Source of the DNA: Pseudomonadota bacterium
GTDB taxonomy: Bacteria > Pseudomonadota > Gammaproteobacteria > Burkholderiales > Burkholderiaceae_C
Assembly (NCBI GenBank): GCA_021846025.1
Contig: JAJZDV010000001.1
Coordinates: forward strand, 2,716-66,715
Direction of reading: 5' to 3'
Length of the DNA: 64,000 nt
Shown piece by piece: positions 54,391 to 64,000 of the stretch (the stretch's first letter is position 1; each line of letters opens with the position of its first letter). The notes below the pieces were generated by a model, which saw only the letters and a program-made list of their open reading frames with translations, was not told the DNA's origin and searched no databases. The position numbers were made by a program, and so were the translations under genes.

Positions 54391-55404
54391 TCAGCGCTTT
54401 TTCGCGCGGGGATGGGCGGCGTCGTAGACCTTGGCCAGATGCTGGAAGTCGAGCCGGGTGTAGATCTGCGTGCTGGCGATGCTCGCATGGCCCAGCAACT
54501 CCTGCACCCCACGCAAATCGCCGCTGGACTGTAGCAAATGCGAGGCGAAGGAATGCCTCAGCATGTGCGGGTGCACGGCCGTGGGCAGGCCCGCGGCGCG
54601 GGCGCGATCGCGCAACTCCACCCAGACGCGTTGCGTGCTGATGCGCCGGCCGCGCGGGCCGAGGAACAAGGCCGCGTGGTCGGCTTCGGCGCCAGGCAGG
54701 GCGGGTGCCGGGCGCAGCGCCAGCCAGTCGCGCAGGGCTTGCATGGCGGGTGCGCCCACCGGCACGCTGCGGCGCTTGCCGCCTTTGCCGAGCACGGTCA
54801 CGTCGGCGGCGTCCCAGTCCACCCAGCTGGCCGATTCGTAGCCGGGGACGCGGGTGTAGCGGGTGTCCAGGCTGGTGAGTTCGGAGACACGCAGGCCGCA
54901 GGAGTAGAGCAGCTCGGCGATCGCCCGGCTGCGTGCGAGGCTCAAGGCCTGGGTCAGCTCGCCGGGACGATCGGCGGATGCGGGCGCATGGCCCTGTGGC
55001 GCATACGCCGCTAGGGCCACGGCCTGGTCCACGCTGATGGCCTTGGGCAAGGGTCTTGCTGCACGCGGGGCACGCACGCCTTGCAGCGGATTGCTGGCCA
55101 CGAGGCCTTGCAATCCCAGCCAGGAGAACAGCCCGCGCCAGGCGGACAATCGGGCGGCGATGGCGCGTGGCGTCATGCCGCCACCGTGCAGCGCCGCAAC
55201 CCAGGTGCGAATGTGCTGCGGGCCGATAGCACCGAGTTCAGCGTTCGCCAGTGCAGCGCGCTGGCGCAGATCGCCCAGGTCGCGCTCGTAGTTCACCAGG
55301 GTGCGGGGCGACAGCCGACGCACATGCCGCAGCATGTCGAGATAACGAGCGCAGGCGTCGGCGGCCTCGCCAGCCGCTGGAACTTGGGCGGGAACGTCCG
55401 GCAT
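54391..55404 (-). CDS. xerC: Tyrosine recombinase XerC
   Basis: LLYSCGLRVSE, GKGGKRR, HPHMLRHSFASH, LLGH...TQIYT; dapF-DUF484-xerC context. Confidence 0.93.
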   Translation of the reverse strand: MPDVPAQVPAAGEAADACARYLDMLRHVRRLSPRTLVNYERDLGDLRQRAALANAELGAIGPQHIRTWVAALHGGGMTPRAIAARLSAWRGLFSWLGLQGLVASNPLQGVRAPRAARPLPKAISVDQAVALAAYAPQGHAPASADRPGELTQALSLARSRAIAELLYSCGLRVSELTSLDTRYTRVPGYESASWVDWDAADVTVLGKGGKRRSVPVGAPAMQALRDWLALRPAPALPGAEADHAALFLGPRGRRISTQRVWVELRDRARAAGLPTAVHPHMLRHSFASHLLQSSGDLRGVQELLGHASIASTQIYTRLDFQHLAKVYDAAHPRAKKR

Positions 55405-55443
55405 GGGTGCGGCCGCGGCGAAGATGGGCCGGCGCTCCCGGCT

Positions 55444-56130
55444 TCAGCCGCCGCGCACCAGGCGCTGCAAAGCGGCCGAGGCGAGGTGACCGATGCGGGC
55501 GAGGAACTCCGTGCCCATGTCGGCGGTGAACCGGTCGGCCTGCGGCGAACCCAGGACCAGCAGGCCGAAGGCGGGCGTCTCATCGGACTCGCGCAGGGCC
55601 ATCATGGCCATCGACTGCGGCGGCGCTCCAGTGCCCAGCCAGCGCGCCGCTTCAAACCCCGCATTCGCACCGCAATACGGCTGGCTCAGGCTGTTGGCCA
55701 GCACCGGGATGTCGGCACCCACGTCGGCGGCGTAATCCTGCGTGGTGTAGGCCGGCAGCAGGTTCCAAAGCCGCAAGGCAGCCTGCGGCAATTGAAACTG
55801 CTGCTGCATGTCGCGCACCAGGGTGTGGGGCAGCGCGGCGGGGTCGGCCTCGCGCAGCATGGCGCGAACCCAGTCGAGCAGGCGGCCGGAGATGGCTTCG
55901 TTCTCGGCGGCGTTGCGCATCATGTCGGCCAGGCGGTGTTCGAGCACGCGCATCTTGTCGCGCAGCATCTCGATCTGCCGCTCCTGCAGCGACACGGCGC
56001 GGTTGCCGTGCGGACTTTGCAATTGAACCCCGGCCAGCAACTCGGCGTGGCGCTCGAAAAAGTCGGGATGTTCCGCCAGGTAGGCGGCGAGGTCCTGTTC
56101 GGTCAGTTGCATGGTCGGTGTCTCGGTCAT
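55444..56130 (-). CDS. DUF484 family protein (YigA-like)
   Basis: YL..HPDFFE, AVSLQERQ, LGS....RF..MGTEFL; between dapF and xerC. Confidence 0.9.
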   Translation of the reverse strand: MTETPTMQLTEQDLAAYLAEHPDFFERHAELLAGVQLQSPHGNRAVSLQERQIEMLRDKMRVLEHRLADMMRNAAENEAISGRLLDWVRAMLREADPAALPHTLVRDMQQQFQLPQAALRLWNLLPAYTTQDYAADVGADIPVLANSLSQPYCGANAGFEAARWLGTGAPPQSMAMMALRESDETPAFGLLVLGSPQADRFTADMGTEFLARIGHLASAALQRLVRGG

Positions 56131-56147
56131 GGTGGTTCGTGGTGCGT

Positions 56148-57026
56148 TCACAGCTCGATGTGGCCATCGAACACATAAGCCGCGGGGCCGGTCATGGTCA
56201 CCGGGCTGCCGGCGCCGTCCCAGGCAATGCTGAGCCGGCCACCGCGGGTGTCCACTTCCACCGGAGTTTGCAGCCAGCCGTGGCGCATGCCGGCGACCAC
56301 GGCGGCGCAGGCGCCCGTGCCGCAGGCCAGGGTTTCGCCGGCGCCACGCTCCCAAACCCGCAGGCGGATGTGGTGCGGGCTCATCACCTGCATGAAGCCG
56401 GCGTTGACGCGCTGGGGAAAGCGCCGGTGGTGCTCGATGCGCGGGCCGAGCGTGCCGACGGGCGCGGTGTCCACGTCGTCGACACGCTGCACCGCGTGCG
56501 GGTTGCCCATGGACAGGGCGCTGATCCAGAGGGTGGAACCTGGATTGGAGGCCGAGGTGTCGGTTGCGCCGAGCTCCAGTGGCCAGCGCTCGAAGCCGGC
56601 TTCGAGCCGTGGGACCAGGCCGGCGTTGTCGAAGGGAATCGCGGCCGCCGCGAAGCGCGGAGGGCCCATGTCCACGCTGACGCGGCCATCGTCTTCCAGG
56701 CGCGGCTGGATGATGCCGGAGCGGGTGAGCACGCGGATGCTGCGCTTGTCCGTGAGGCCGCGGCGGCGCACGAAGGCGACGAAGCAGCGCGCGCCGTTGC
56801 CGCATTGCTCCACCTCGCCGCCGTCGGCGTTGAAGATGCGGTAGCGGAAGTCGACGTCGGCCGACGGTGCGGGCTCCACCACCAGAATCTGGTCTGCGCC
56901 CACTCCGACATGCCGGTCGGCCAGCAGGCGCAGTTGCGCCGGCGACAGGGTCAGCGCCTCGCGTGTGGCGTCGAGCATGACGAAATCGTTGCCGGCGCCG
57001 TGCATCTTGGTGAACTGCAGTTTCAT
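56148..57026 (-). CDS. dapF: Diaminopimelate epimerase
   Basis: [39 protein letters not shown]. Confidence 0.97.
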   Translation of the reverse strand: MKLQFTKMHGAGNDFVMLDATREALTLSPAQLRLLADRHVGVGADQILVVEPAPSADVDFRYRIFNADGGEVEQCGNGARCFVAFVRRRGLTDKRSIRVLTRSGIIQPRLEDDGRVSVDMGPPRFAAAAIPFDNAGLVPRLEAGFERWPLELGATDTSASNPGSTLWISALSMGNPHAVQRVDDVDTAPVGTLGPRIEHHRRFPQRVNAGFMQVMSPHHIRLRVWERGAGETLACGTGACAAVVAGMRHGWLQTPVEVDTRGGRLSIAWDGAGSPVTMTGPAAYVFDGHIEL

Positions 57027-57093
57027 GCGCGTGCGGTTGAGGGGCGGGATCGGTGGGGCGGCCGTCGATGCTGGCCATGGAGCACGGCGGCGC

Positions 57094-57984
57094 TCAGTAC
57101 AACGGGGGCTCGCCGGGCGGCCGGGTCTTGAAGCGTTTATGCACCCAATGATATTGCTCGGGCATCTCCAGCACGCGCTGCTCGATGAAGCGGTTCATGC
57201 GCAGCAGGTCGGCGTCGATGTCGCCCAGGCGACCATCCAGCATGGTGGGGAAATGGTCCCACGCCGGGTGGATGGTGATCTCGTAGCCGGCGTACCCAGG
57301 CAACATGCGCGCCACCACCGGGTAGACCCGCGCGTTGCTGGAGGCAGCCAGGCGCGGCACGGCGTCGAGCGTGGCTGCGGGTACGCCGAAAAACGCGATG
57401 AAGCGCGAGTGGCGCTCGCCGAAATCCATGTCCGGCAAGGTGTAGAACGGGGTGCCGCGGCGCAGCGCGCGCAGCATGCCGCCGGCACCCTCGTGGCGCG
57501 AGACGATGCGCTCCGTGTGAAAGCGGCTGCGGCCATCGAGCACCCAGCGGTCCAGCACCTTGGATTTCTGCGGCGTGTACATGCCCGACAGCGGCCGCTG
57601 CGCCGCCAGGGTCAGCGCCGTCCAGGCCGCATCCATGCCCTCGAAGTGAATCCCCAACAGCAGCACGGCGCCACGACCATGCAGTGCGTCGTCCACCGCG
57701 CCGCGCAGGTGCAGCACCCGCTCCAGGCGCGCGGGGCTGCCCCACCACAGCACCACGCGCTCGAGAAAGGCGCGGCTGACGCAAACGAAATGCGCCCGCC
57801 CAACCTCCTCACGCCGTGCCTGGGTCCAGTCGGGAAAGCAAAGCTCCAGATTGCGCAGGGTGATGGCACGGCGCTTGCGTGCCAGCGGCCACAACACAAC
57901 TCCCATGGCCGTGCCGATGCGGCCGATCACGCCGTAGGGAAGCAGGTGCAGCAGCCAGAGCAGGCCCAGACCGATGCGGCTCAT
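57094..57984 (-). CDS. Lipid A biosynthesis acyltransferase (LpxL/LpxM family)
   Basis: NLELCFP, HFEGMD (HX4D), [20 protein letters not shown]. Confidence 0.9.
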   Translation of the reverse strand: MSRIGLGLLWLLHLLPYGVIGRIGTAMGVVLWPLARKRRAITLRNLELCFPDWTQARREEVGRAHFVCVSRAFLERVVLWWGSPARLERVLHLRGAVDDALHGRGAVLLLGIHFEGMDAAWTALTLAAQRPLSGMYTPQKSKVLDRWVLDGRSRFHTERIVSRHEGAGGMLRALRRGTPFYTLPDMDFGERHSRFIAFFGVPAATLDAVPRLAASSNARVYPVVARMLPGYAGYEITIHPAWDHFPTMLDGRLGDIDADLLRMNRFIEQRVLEMPEQYHWVHKRFKTRPPGEPPLY

Positions 57985-58862
57985 GATGCCGCTCCCGGGG
58001 GTGCGGCCTGGCCTGCTTGCGCGCCGGGCAACGGTCGCGATCCGGGTGGCGCCTTGTAGCGGTTGTAGCCCCAGAGGTATTGCTCCGGACGCATGCGAAT
58101 CAGGCTCTCCACCGCGCGGTTGATGCGTGTGGCCGCCTCCACCGGGTCGTGCGGCAGGGCAGCGTCGAAGGGCAGGAAATGCAGCACATAGCCCCGGCCA
58201 TGCGGCAGGCGCTCGGCAAACGCCAGGATGATGCACGCCCCGGTGAGTTGCACCAGCCTGGCCGGCAAGGTCATGGTGTAGGCCGGGCGGCCGAAAAACG
58301 GCGCCCACACGCCTTCACCGGCACCCGGCGCCTGGTCTGGAAGCAGGCCCACGGCCTCGCCATGGCGCAGGGCGCGCAGCAGCGGGCGCATGCCGCCGAC
58401 GGTGGCCGGTGCGGTGCGCAACTGGCCGCGTGGCCTGGCCTGCACCAGGCTGTCCAGCCAACGCTTGCGCGGCGGGCGGTACAGCACCGTGATGGGCAGC
58501 CATTCCGACACCGTCTGGCCAGACACCTCGAAGCAACCGAGATGCGGCGTGAGAAAAAGGATGCCGCGGCCCTCGCGCCGGGCCTGCTCCACATGCTCCT
58601 TGCCCACCAACTGCACCCGGCGCACGGCTGCGCTGGGTCCGAAGCGGAACCACACATAAGGCATTTCACCCACCATGCGCCCGGTGTCGCGCGCCACCTC
58701 CAGCGCCAGGCGAGCGGGCGCGAAGCCGGCCTGCGCCAGATTGGCGTGCAGTCGCTTGCGATAGGTCGGGGAGGCGGCGTAGACCGCCAGTCCGAGCAGT
58801 GCGCCCAAGGCCTGCAGCAGGCCGAGTGGCAGATGGGAAAGCGCACGAAACAGGCGCAGCAT
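57981..58862 (-). CDS. Lipid A / lysophospholipid acyltransferase (LpxL family)
   Basis: TPHLGCFE (HX4E), LPDQ, PEQYLWGYNRYK. Confidence 0.9.
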   Translation of the reverse strand: MLRLFRALSHLPLGLLQALGALLGLAVYAASPTYRKRLHANLAQAGFAPARLALEVARDTGRMVGEMPYVWFRFGPSAAVRRVQLVGKEHVEQARREGRGILFLTPHLGCFEVSGQTVSEWLPITVLYRPPRKRWLDSLVQARPRGQLRTAPATVGGMRPLLRALRHGEAVGLLPDQAPGAGEGVWAPFFGRPAYTMTLPARLVQLTGACIILAFAERLPHGRGYVLHFLPFDAALPHDPVEAATRINRAVESLIRMRPEQYLWGYNRYKAPPGSRPLPGAQAGQAAPPGAAS

Positions 58863-59095
58863 GGATGGGCGAGGAGCGGTTCGGGTCAACGGAGCGACAC
58901 AAGGACGATGAGCCAGCGGTGTCGGCCAAGCACCCTGAACCCCTGAACGAACGCTGCAGCCACGGCTTGGCCTGGCAGGCAGCCGCAGCAATGCAACCGG
59001 GCGATGCCGGGTCGAACGGTTCAACAGGGGCACTTGACCAGACTGGTCATGTTACGCATCGGCATGCGGCGGGTTCGCGGGCTAGAATTCGTGCT

Positions 59096-59178
59096 GGTCG
59101 CCGAGTTAATGACAACTTGCGGGGCGACTGGCGGTGCGGGGCAACCCGTCATTGCCGAATCCAAACCGCTAAAGCGTC
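59096..59178 (+). ncRNA. SAM-II-like riboswitch (long-loop variant) in metK leader
   Basis: P1 GGTCGCC/GGCGACT, GAGTT loop, TTGCGG pairing with CCGC before TAAA, GAC/GTC pseudoknot; -10 TAGAAT at 59083-59088; upstream of SAM synthetase. Confidence 0.7.
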
Positions 59179-59231
59179 GCCGTGCGGGGTCTCAAGCGGT
59201 GACGGAACTGCAACCCATCTGGAGCACCGCC

Positions 59232-60428
59232 ATGGCTGATTCATCCTTCTTCTTCACGTCCGAATCCGTGTCCGAAGGCCACCCCGACAAGGTGGCTGAC
59301 CAAATCTCCGACGCCATCCTCGACGCCATCCTCGAACAGGATCCGCGCTCGCGCGTCGCTGCCGAGACCCTGGCCAACACCGGCCTCATCGTCCTGGCGG
59401 GCGAAATCACCACCACCGCGGTGGTCGACTACATTCAGGTGGCGCGCAACACGCTCAAGCGCATCGGCTACGACGACGCCGACTTCGGCATCGACCACAA
59501 GAGCTGCGCCGTGCTGGTGGCCTACGACAAGCAGAGCCCCGACATTGCCCAGGGCGTGGACAAGGCCCACGACAACAACCTCGACCAGGGCGCCGGCGAC
59601 CAGGGCCTGATGTTCGGCTACGCCTGCGACGAAACCCCCGAGCTGATGCCCGCGCCCATTTACTACGCCCACCGCCTGGTGGAGCGCCAGAGCCAGTTGC
59701 GCCGCGACGGTCGCCTGCCCTGGCTGCGTCCGGACGCCAAGAGCCAGATCACCTTCCGCTACGAGAACGGCCGCCCGGTCGCCATCGACACCGTGGTGCT
59801 GTCCACCCAGCATGCACCGGATATTGCGCTGGCCGATCTGCGTGAAGCCGTGATCGAACACATCATCAAGCCCGTGCTGCCCAAGGCGTTTGTGAAGGGC
59901 GAGATCAAATACCTGATCAACCCCACCGGTCGCTTCGTCGTCGGTGGCCCGCAGGGCGATTGCGGCCTGACCGGACGCAAGATCATCGTCGACACCTACG
60001 GCGGCGCGGCTCCGCACGGCGGCGGCGCCTTCTCCGGCAAGGATCCGAGCAAGGTCGACCGCTCCGCCGCCTACGCCGCGCGCTACGTGGCGAAGAACAT
60101 CGTCGCCGCCGGCCTGGCGAGCAAGTGCCTGGTGCAGATTTCCTACGCCATCGGCGTGGCGCAACCCACCAGCATCATGGTCACCACCCAGGGCACCGGC
60201 GTGATCGACGACGCCAGGCTCGAACAGCTGGTGCGCCGCCACTTCGATTTGCGTCCGAAGGGCATCGTCAACATGCTCGACCTGCTGCGCCCGATCTACG
60301 CCAAGACCGCGGCCTACGGCCACTTCGGCCGCGACGAACCCGAGTTCAGCTGGGAAGCCACCGACAAGGCCGCCGTGCTGCGCGAGGACGCGGGGCTGGG
60401 CGCCTTGCGCAGCGTCGAAACCGCCTGA
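59232..60428 (+). CDS. metK: S-adenosylmethionine synthetase
   Basis: [36 protein letters not shown]. Confidence 0.97.
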   Translation: MADSSFFFTSESVSEGHPDKVADQISDAILDAILEQDPRSRVAAETLANTGLIVLAGEITTTAVVDYIQVARNTLKRIGYDDADFGIDHKSCAVLVAYDKQSPDIAQGVDKAHDNNLDQGAGDQGLMFGYACDETPELMPAPIYYAHRLVERQSQLRRDGRLPWLRPDAKSQITFRYENGRPVAIDTVVLSTQHAPDIALADLREAVIEHIIKPVLPKAFVKGEIKYLINPTGRFVVGGPQGDCGLTGRKIIVDTYGGAAPHGGGAFSGKDPSKVDRSAAYAARYVAKNIVAAGLASKCLVQISYAIGVAQPTSIMVTTQGTGVIDDARLEQLVRRHFDLRPKGIVNMLDLLRPIYAKTAAYGHFGRDEPEFSWEATDKAAVLREDAGLGALRSVETA

Positions 60429-60544
60429 GCGCAGCTGGTCCTGCGCGCGAGTTTCCGGGACTTGCCCATGGGCCCAGCGTCCGCCGTGGCGCGTGGCGTG
60501 CCGGCCCACCCGTTCACCCTGCGCGATCCCGCCATGGCCTTTCC

Positions 60545-60892
60545 ATGATCACGCTCCACGGCATTCCCAACTGCGACACGGTCAAGAAGGCACGCGCTTG
60601 GCTCGGTGCGCGGGGCGTGGCGCACGCCTTCCATGACTTCAAGAAACAAGGCGTGCCCGAGGCCGCGCTGGACACCTGGCTGGCGAGCCTCGGTTGGGAG
60701 GCGCTGCTCAACCGCAAGGGCACGACCTGGCGCGGGCTGGACGACGCCACGCGCGCCGCCGTGGTCGACGCGGCCAGCGCCCGTCCTGCGCTGCTGGCCC
60801 AGCCCAGCCTGATCAAGCGCCCGGTGGTGCAATGGGACGACGGTACGGTCACCGCCGGCTTCGACGCCGCCGACTGGCAGCGCCGCGTCTGA
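60545..60892 (+). CDS. ArsC/Spx family protein (YffB-like)
   Basis: GIPNCDTVKKAR.WL, LNRKGTTWR, PSLIKRPV. Confidence 0.92.
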   Translation: MITLHGIPNCDTVKKARAWLGARGVAHAFHDFKKQGVPEAALDTWLASLGWEALLNRKGTTWRGLDDATRAAVVDAASARPALLAQPSLIKRPVVQWDDGTVTAGFDAADWQRRV

Positions 60893-60997
60893 GCGCTCCC
60901 GCGCGGAGGTCAAGGACACTCGGGGACGGCCCGGCGTGTCCTGGCGAGCCCCGAGGAACTGGCCCGGAGCCGGCCCTAACATGGCGGTTTCGTCTTC

Positions 60998-62687
<1,690 letters not shown>

Positions 62688-62816
62688 GCGGCACGCCCCT
62701 TGTTTGCTCAAGGCGGTGTTGCGCTTGGGCGCACAGACCTGATCGTCGGCATCGCGCGCGAACAAGCGGTCCCCGAACTTCCGAACACCCATCGGCCGAG
62801 TGCACTGGCTGCACAG

Positions 62817-62853
62817 GAATCGAACGATTCGCGCTATTCACGCCATTCGCGCG
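62817..62853. promoter_or_regulatory. Candidate TA autoregulatory operator
   Basis: Palindrome GAATCG-aa-CGATTC overlapping three tandem 9-mers ATTCGCGCT/ATTCACGCC/ATTCGCGCG. Confidence 0.5.
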
Positions 62854-62890
62854 GTAAAAATGCGGCATCCATCCCGCTCAGGAGTCGCCC

Positions 62891-63142
62891 ATGCAAACCT
62901 ATAGCGCGAACGAAGCCAAGACCCTCTTCGGCGAATTTCTCGACCGGGCGCAACGCGAGCCCGTGCGCGTCATGCGCCATGACCGCGTCGTCGGCGTGAT
63001 GGTCAGCGCGCAGGATTTCGAGGCCATGCGCGCCTTCTATGCCAACCGCCTGCAGCACGCCCTGCAGCAGTCCGCCGCGCTGGCGCAGCAGTCCGGGTTG
63101 ACCGAACAGGGCTTGAGCGACCTGCTGGCCGATGAAAGTTGA
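62891..63142 (+). CDS. Phd/YefM family antitoxin
   Basis: 83 aa; SANEAKTLFGEFLDRAQREPVRVMRHDRVVGVMVS; AGGAG RBS; overlaps toxin. Confidence 0.88.
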   Translation: MQTYSANEAKTLFGEFLDRAQREPVRVMRHDRVVGVMVSAQDFEAMRAFYANRLQHALQQSAALAQQSGLTEQGLSDLLADES

Positions 63143-63575
63143 GCGCGATCCGCGCCGGGTCGTCATCGACAGCAACGTCTGGATCAGTGCCGCGCTCTCG
63201 CCCTCGGGCGCGCCCGCGCAAGTGTTGAACCGCGTCTTGCAGCGTGGCGTGGCCGTGCTGACCACGCGCACCCACGCCGAACTCGAAGCCCGCCTGTGGA
63301 AGCCGAAGTTCGATGCCGACCTGAACCTCGATCTGCGGCGGCAACTCTTGCACGACCTGGGCGCCGCAGCCCTTTGGGCAGACGTGTCGCCCGAACGGGC
63401 TGCCCTGGCATTCAGCCGCGATCCCGACGACGACGCCTTCATCCATGCCGCCGAAACCGCGCAAGCTCTGTGGCTGGTGACCGGCGACAACGATTTGCTG
63501 CAGGTGCAGACCCTGCCTGCTGGGCTGCGCATCCTCACGCCAGCGCAAGCCGTGCAGCATGCGGAGTTTCCTTAA
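63132..63575 (+). CDS. PIN-domain toxin (VapC-like, PIN_3 type)
   Basis: RVVIDSNVWISA, SRDPDDDAF, LVTGDNDLL acidic motifs. Confidence 0.88.
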   Translation: MKVERDPRRVVIDSNVWISAALSPSGAPAQVLNRVLQRGVAVLTTRTHAELEARLWKPKFDADLNLDLRRQLLHDLGAAALWADVSPERAALAFSRDPDDDAFIHAAETAQALWLVTGDNDLLQVQTLPAGLRILTPAQAVQHAEFP

Positions 63576-63677
63576 GCCCCATGCGCCGACCTCGGCACGC
63601 GGAAACGCGGAGGCAAAATCGTCCGGCGTACCGTTCCGAAGCGCCGCACACCGCGTTTCAAACCCGCAGGAGGTGAA

Positions 63678-63722
63678 ATGCCGACCCGCTGTGACCAGAA
63701 TATGGTGGCCTGGGCCCAGGAG
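63678..63722 (+). pseudogene. Probable DUF29-family 5' remnant cut by the IS element
   Basis: AGGAGGT RBS then MPTRCDQNMVAWAQE, resembling recalled DUF29 N-termini (Y-D/E-x-D-x-x-A-W-A-x-E-Q); similarity ends where the IS end begins. Confidence 0.45.
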
Positions 63723-63943
63723 AGCTGGTCCCGCAAAACGGAACAGCCCGATGAGGGTGGACACCGCCCCCGAGGGCGAGGACATCGCCCTTAAGAACTG
63801 GTGCAAACATGAGCCGAAGACCCCGCCGCACGCACCCAGCGGCCTTCAAGGCCAAGGTGGCGCTGGCCGCCGTACGCGGCGACAAGACGCTGGCCGAGTT
63901 GGCGCAGCAGCATGACGCGCACCCCAACCAGATCACCGACTGA
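63722..63943 (+). mobile_element. Truncated IS3-family element: left-end-like sequence plus 44-codon OrfA fragment (63809-63943)
   Basis: MSRRPRRTHPAAFKAKVALAAVRGDKTLAELAQQHDAHPNQITD*, a typical IS3 OrfA HTH with stop at the conserved Trp position; preceded by IR-like GAGCTGGTCCCGCAAAACGGAACAG. Confidence 0.8.
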
Positions 63944-64000
63944 GTGTGCGCTCACAAGGAGGCGACACCGACAATCTCGCGGGTGCAGGTTCCTTGTTCG

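Noticed and set aside
54391-55404. Tyrosine recombinase as a phage or island integrase
   Set aside because: Canonical dapF-DUF484-xerC context; no att sites or mobile cargo
60545-60892. ArsC-family gene as arsenic resistance
   Set aside because: YffB/Spx-like housekeeping subgroup with no ars operon context
62700-62792. Minus-strand peptide RKFGDRLFARDADDQV faintly like an IS5/IS903 transposase C-terminus
   Set aside because: Too short, no inverted repeat or catalytic motifs; needs a tBLASTn/ISfinder hit

Overview
High-GC betaproteobacterial (Burkholderiales; gene order and proteins look Comamonadaceae/Thiomonas-like, an inference) chromosomal window, almost all conserved housekeeping DNA. 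In order: a Liv-type ABC importer with an embedded acyl-CoA ligase and divergent Crp/Fnr regulator; a TPMT-like methyltransferase; mlaFEDACB-yadGH-bolA-murA-hisGDCBHAFIE-HIT-tatABC; an HtrA protease, Nif3, pdxA, mscL; petABC-sspAB-tRNA-Thr(TGT); DUF971-ubiE-Tim44-ubiJ-ubiB; icmF; an allantoin racemase/NCS1 permease pair; coaX; on the minus strand two lipid A acyltransferases-dapF-DUF484-xerC-rlmI-COG0523-dksA-STAS protein-hslVU; then metK, arsC-like, ppnP, argG. The last 1.3 kb looks like the edge of an accessory region (Phd/PIN toxin-antitoxin pair, a probable DUF29 remnant, a truncated IS3-family element). I found no CRISPR array, prophage, defence island or clearly novel multi-gene system. 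The best leads are non-coding or sub-gene: a SAM-II-like riboswitch variant before metK, a candidate ~60-nt sRNA after tRNA-Thr, short insertion-like elements (in-frame inside icmF; at the hisC start codon), and readable operators (LiuR-like, sigma54/NtrC/GntR-like, Crp-family palindrome, TA operator). Start codons were chosen by eye; no database searches were run.
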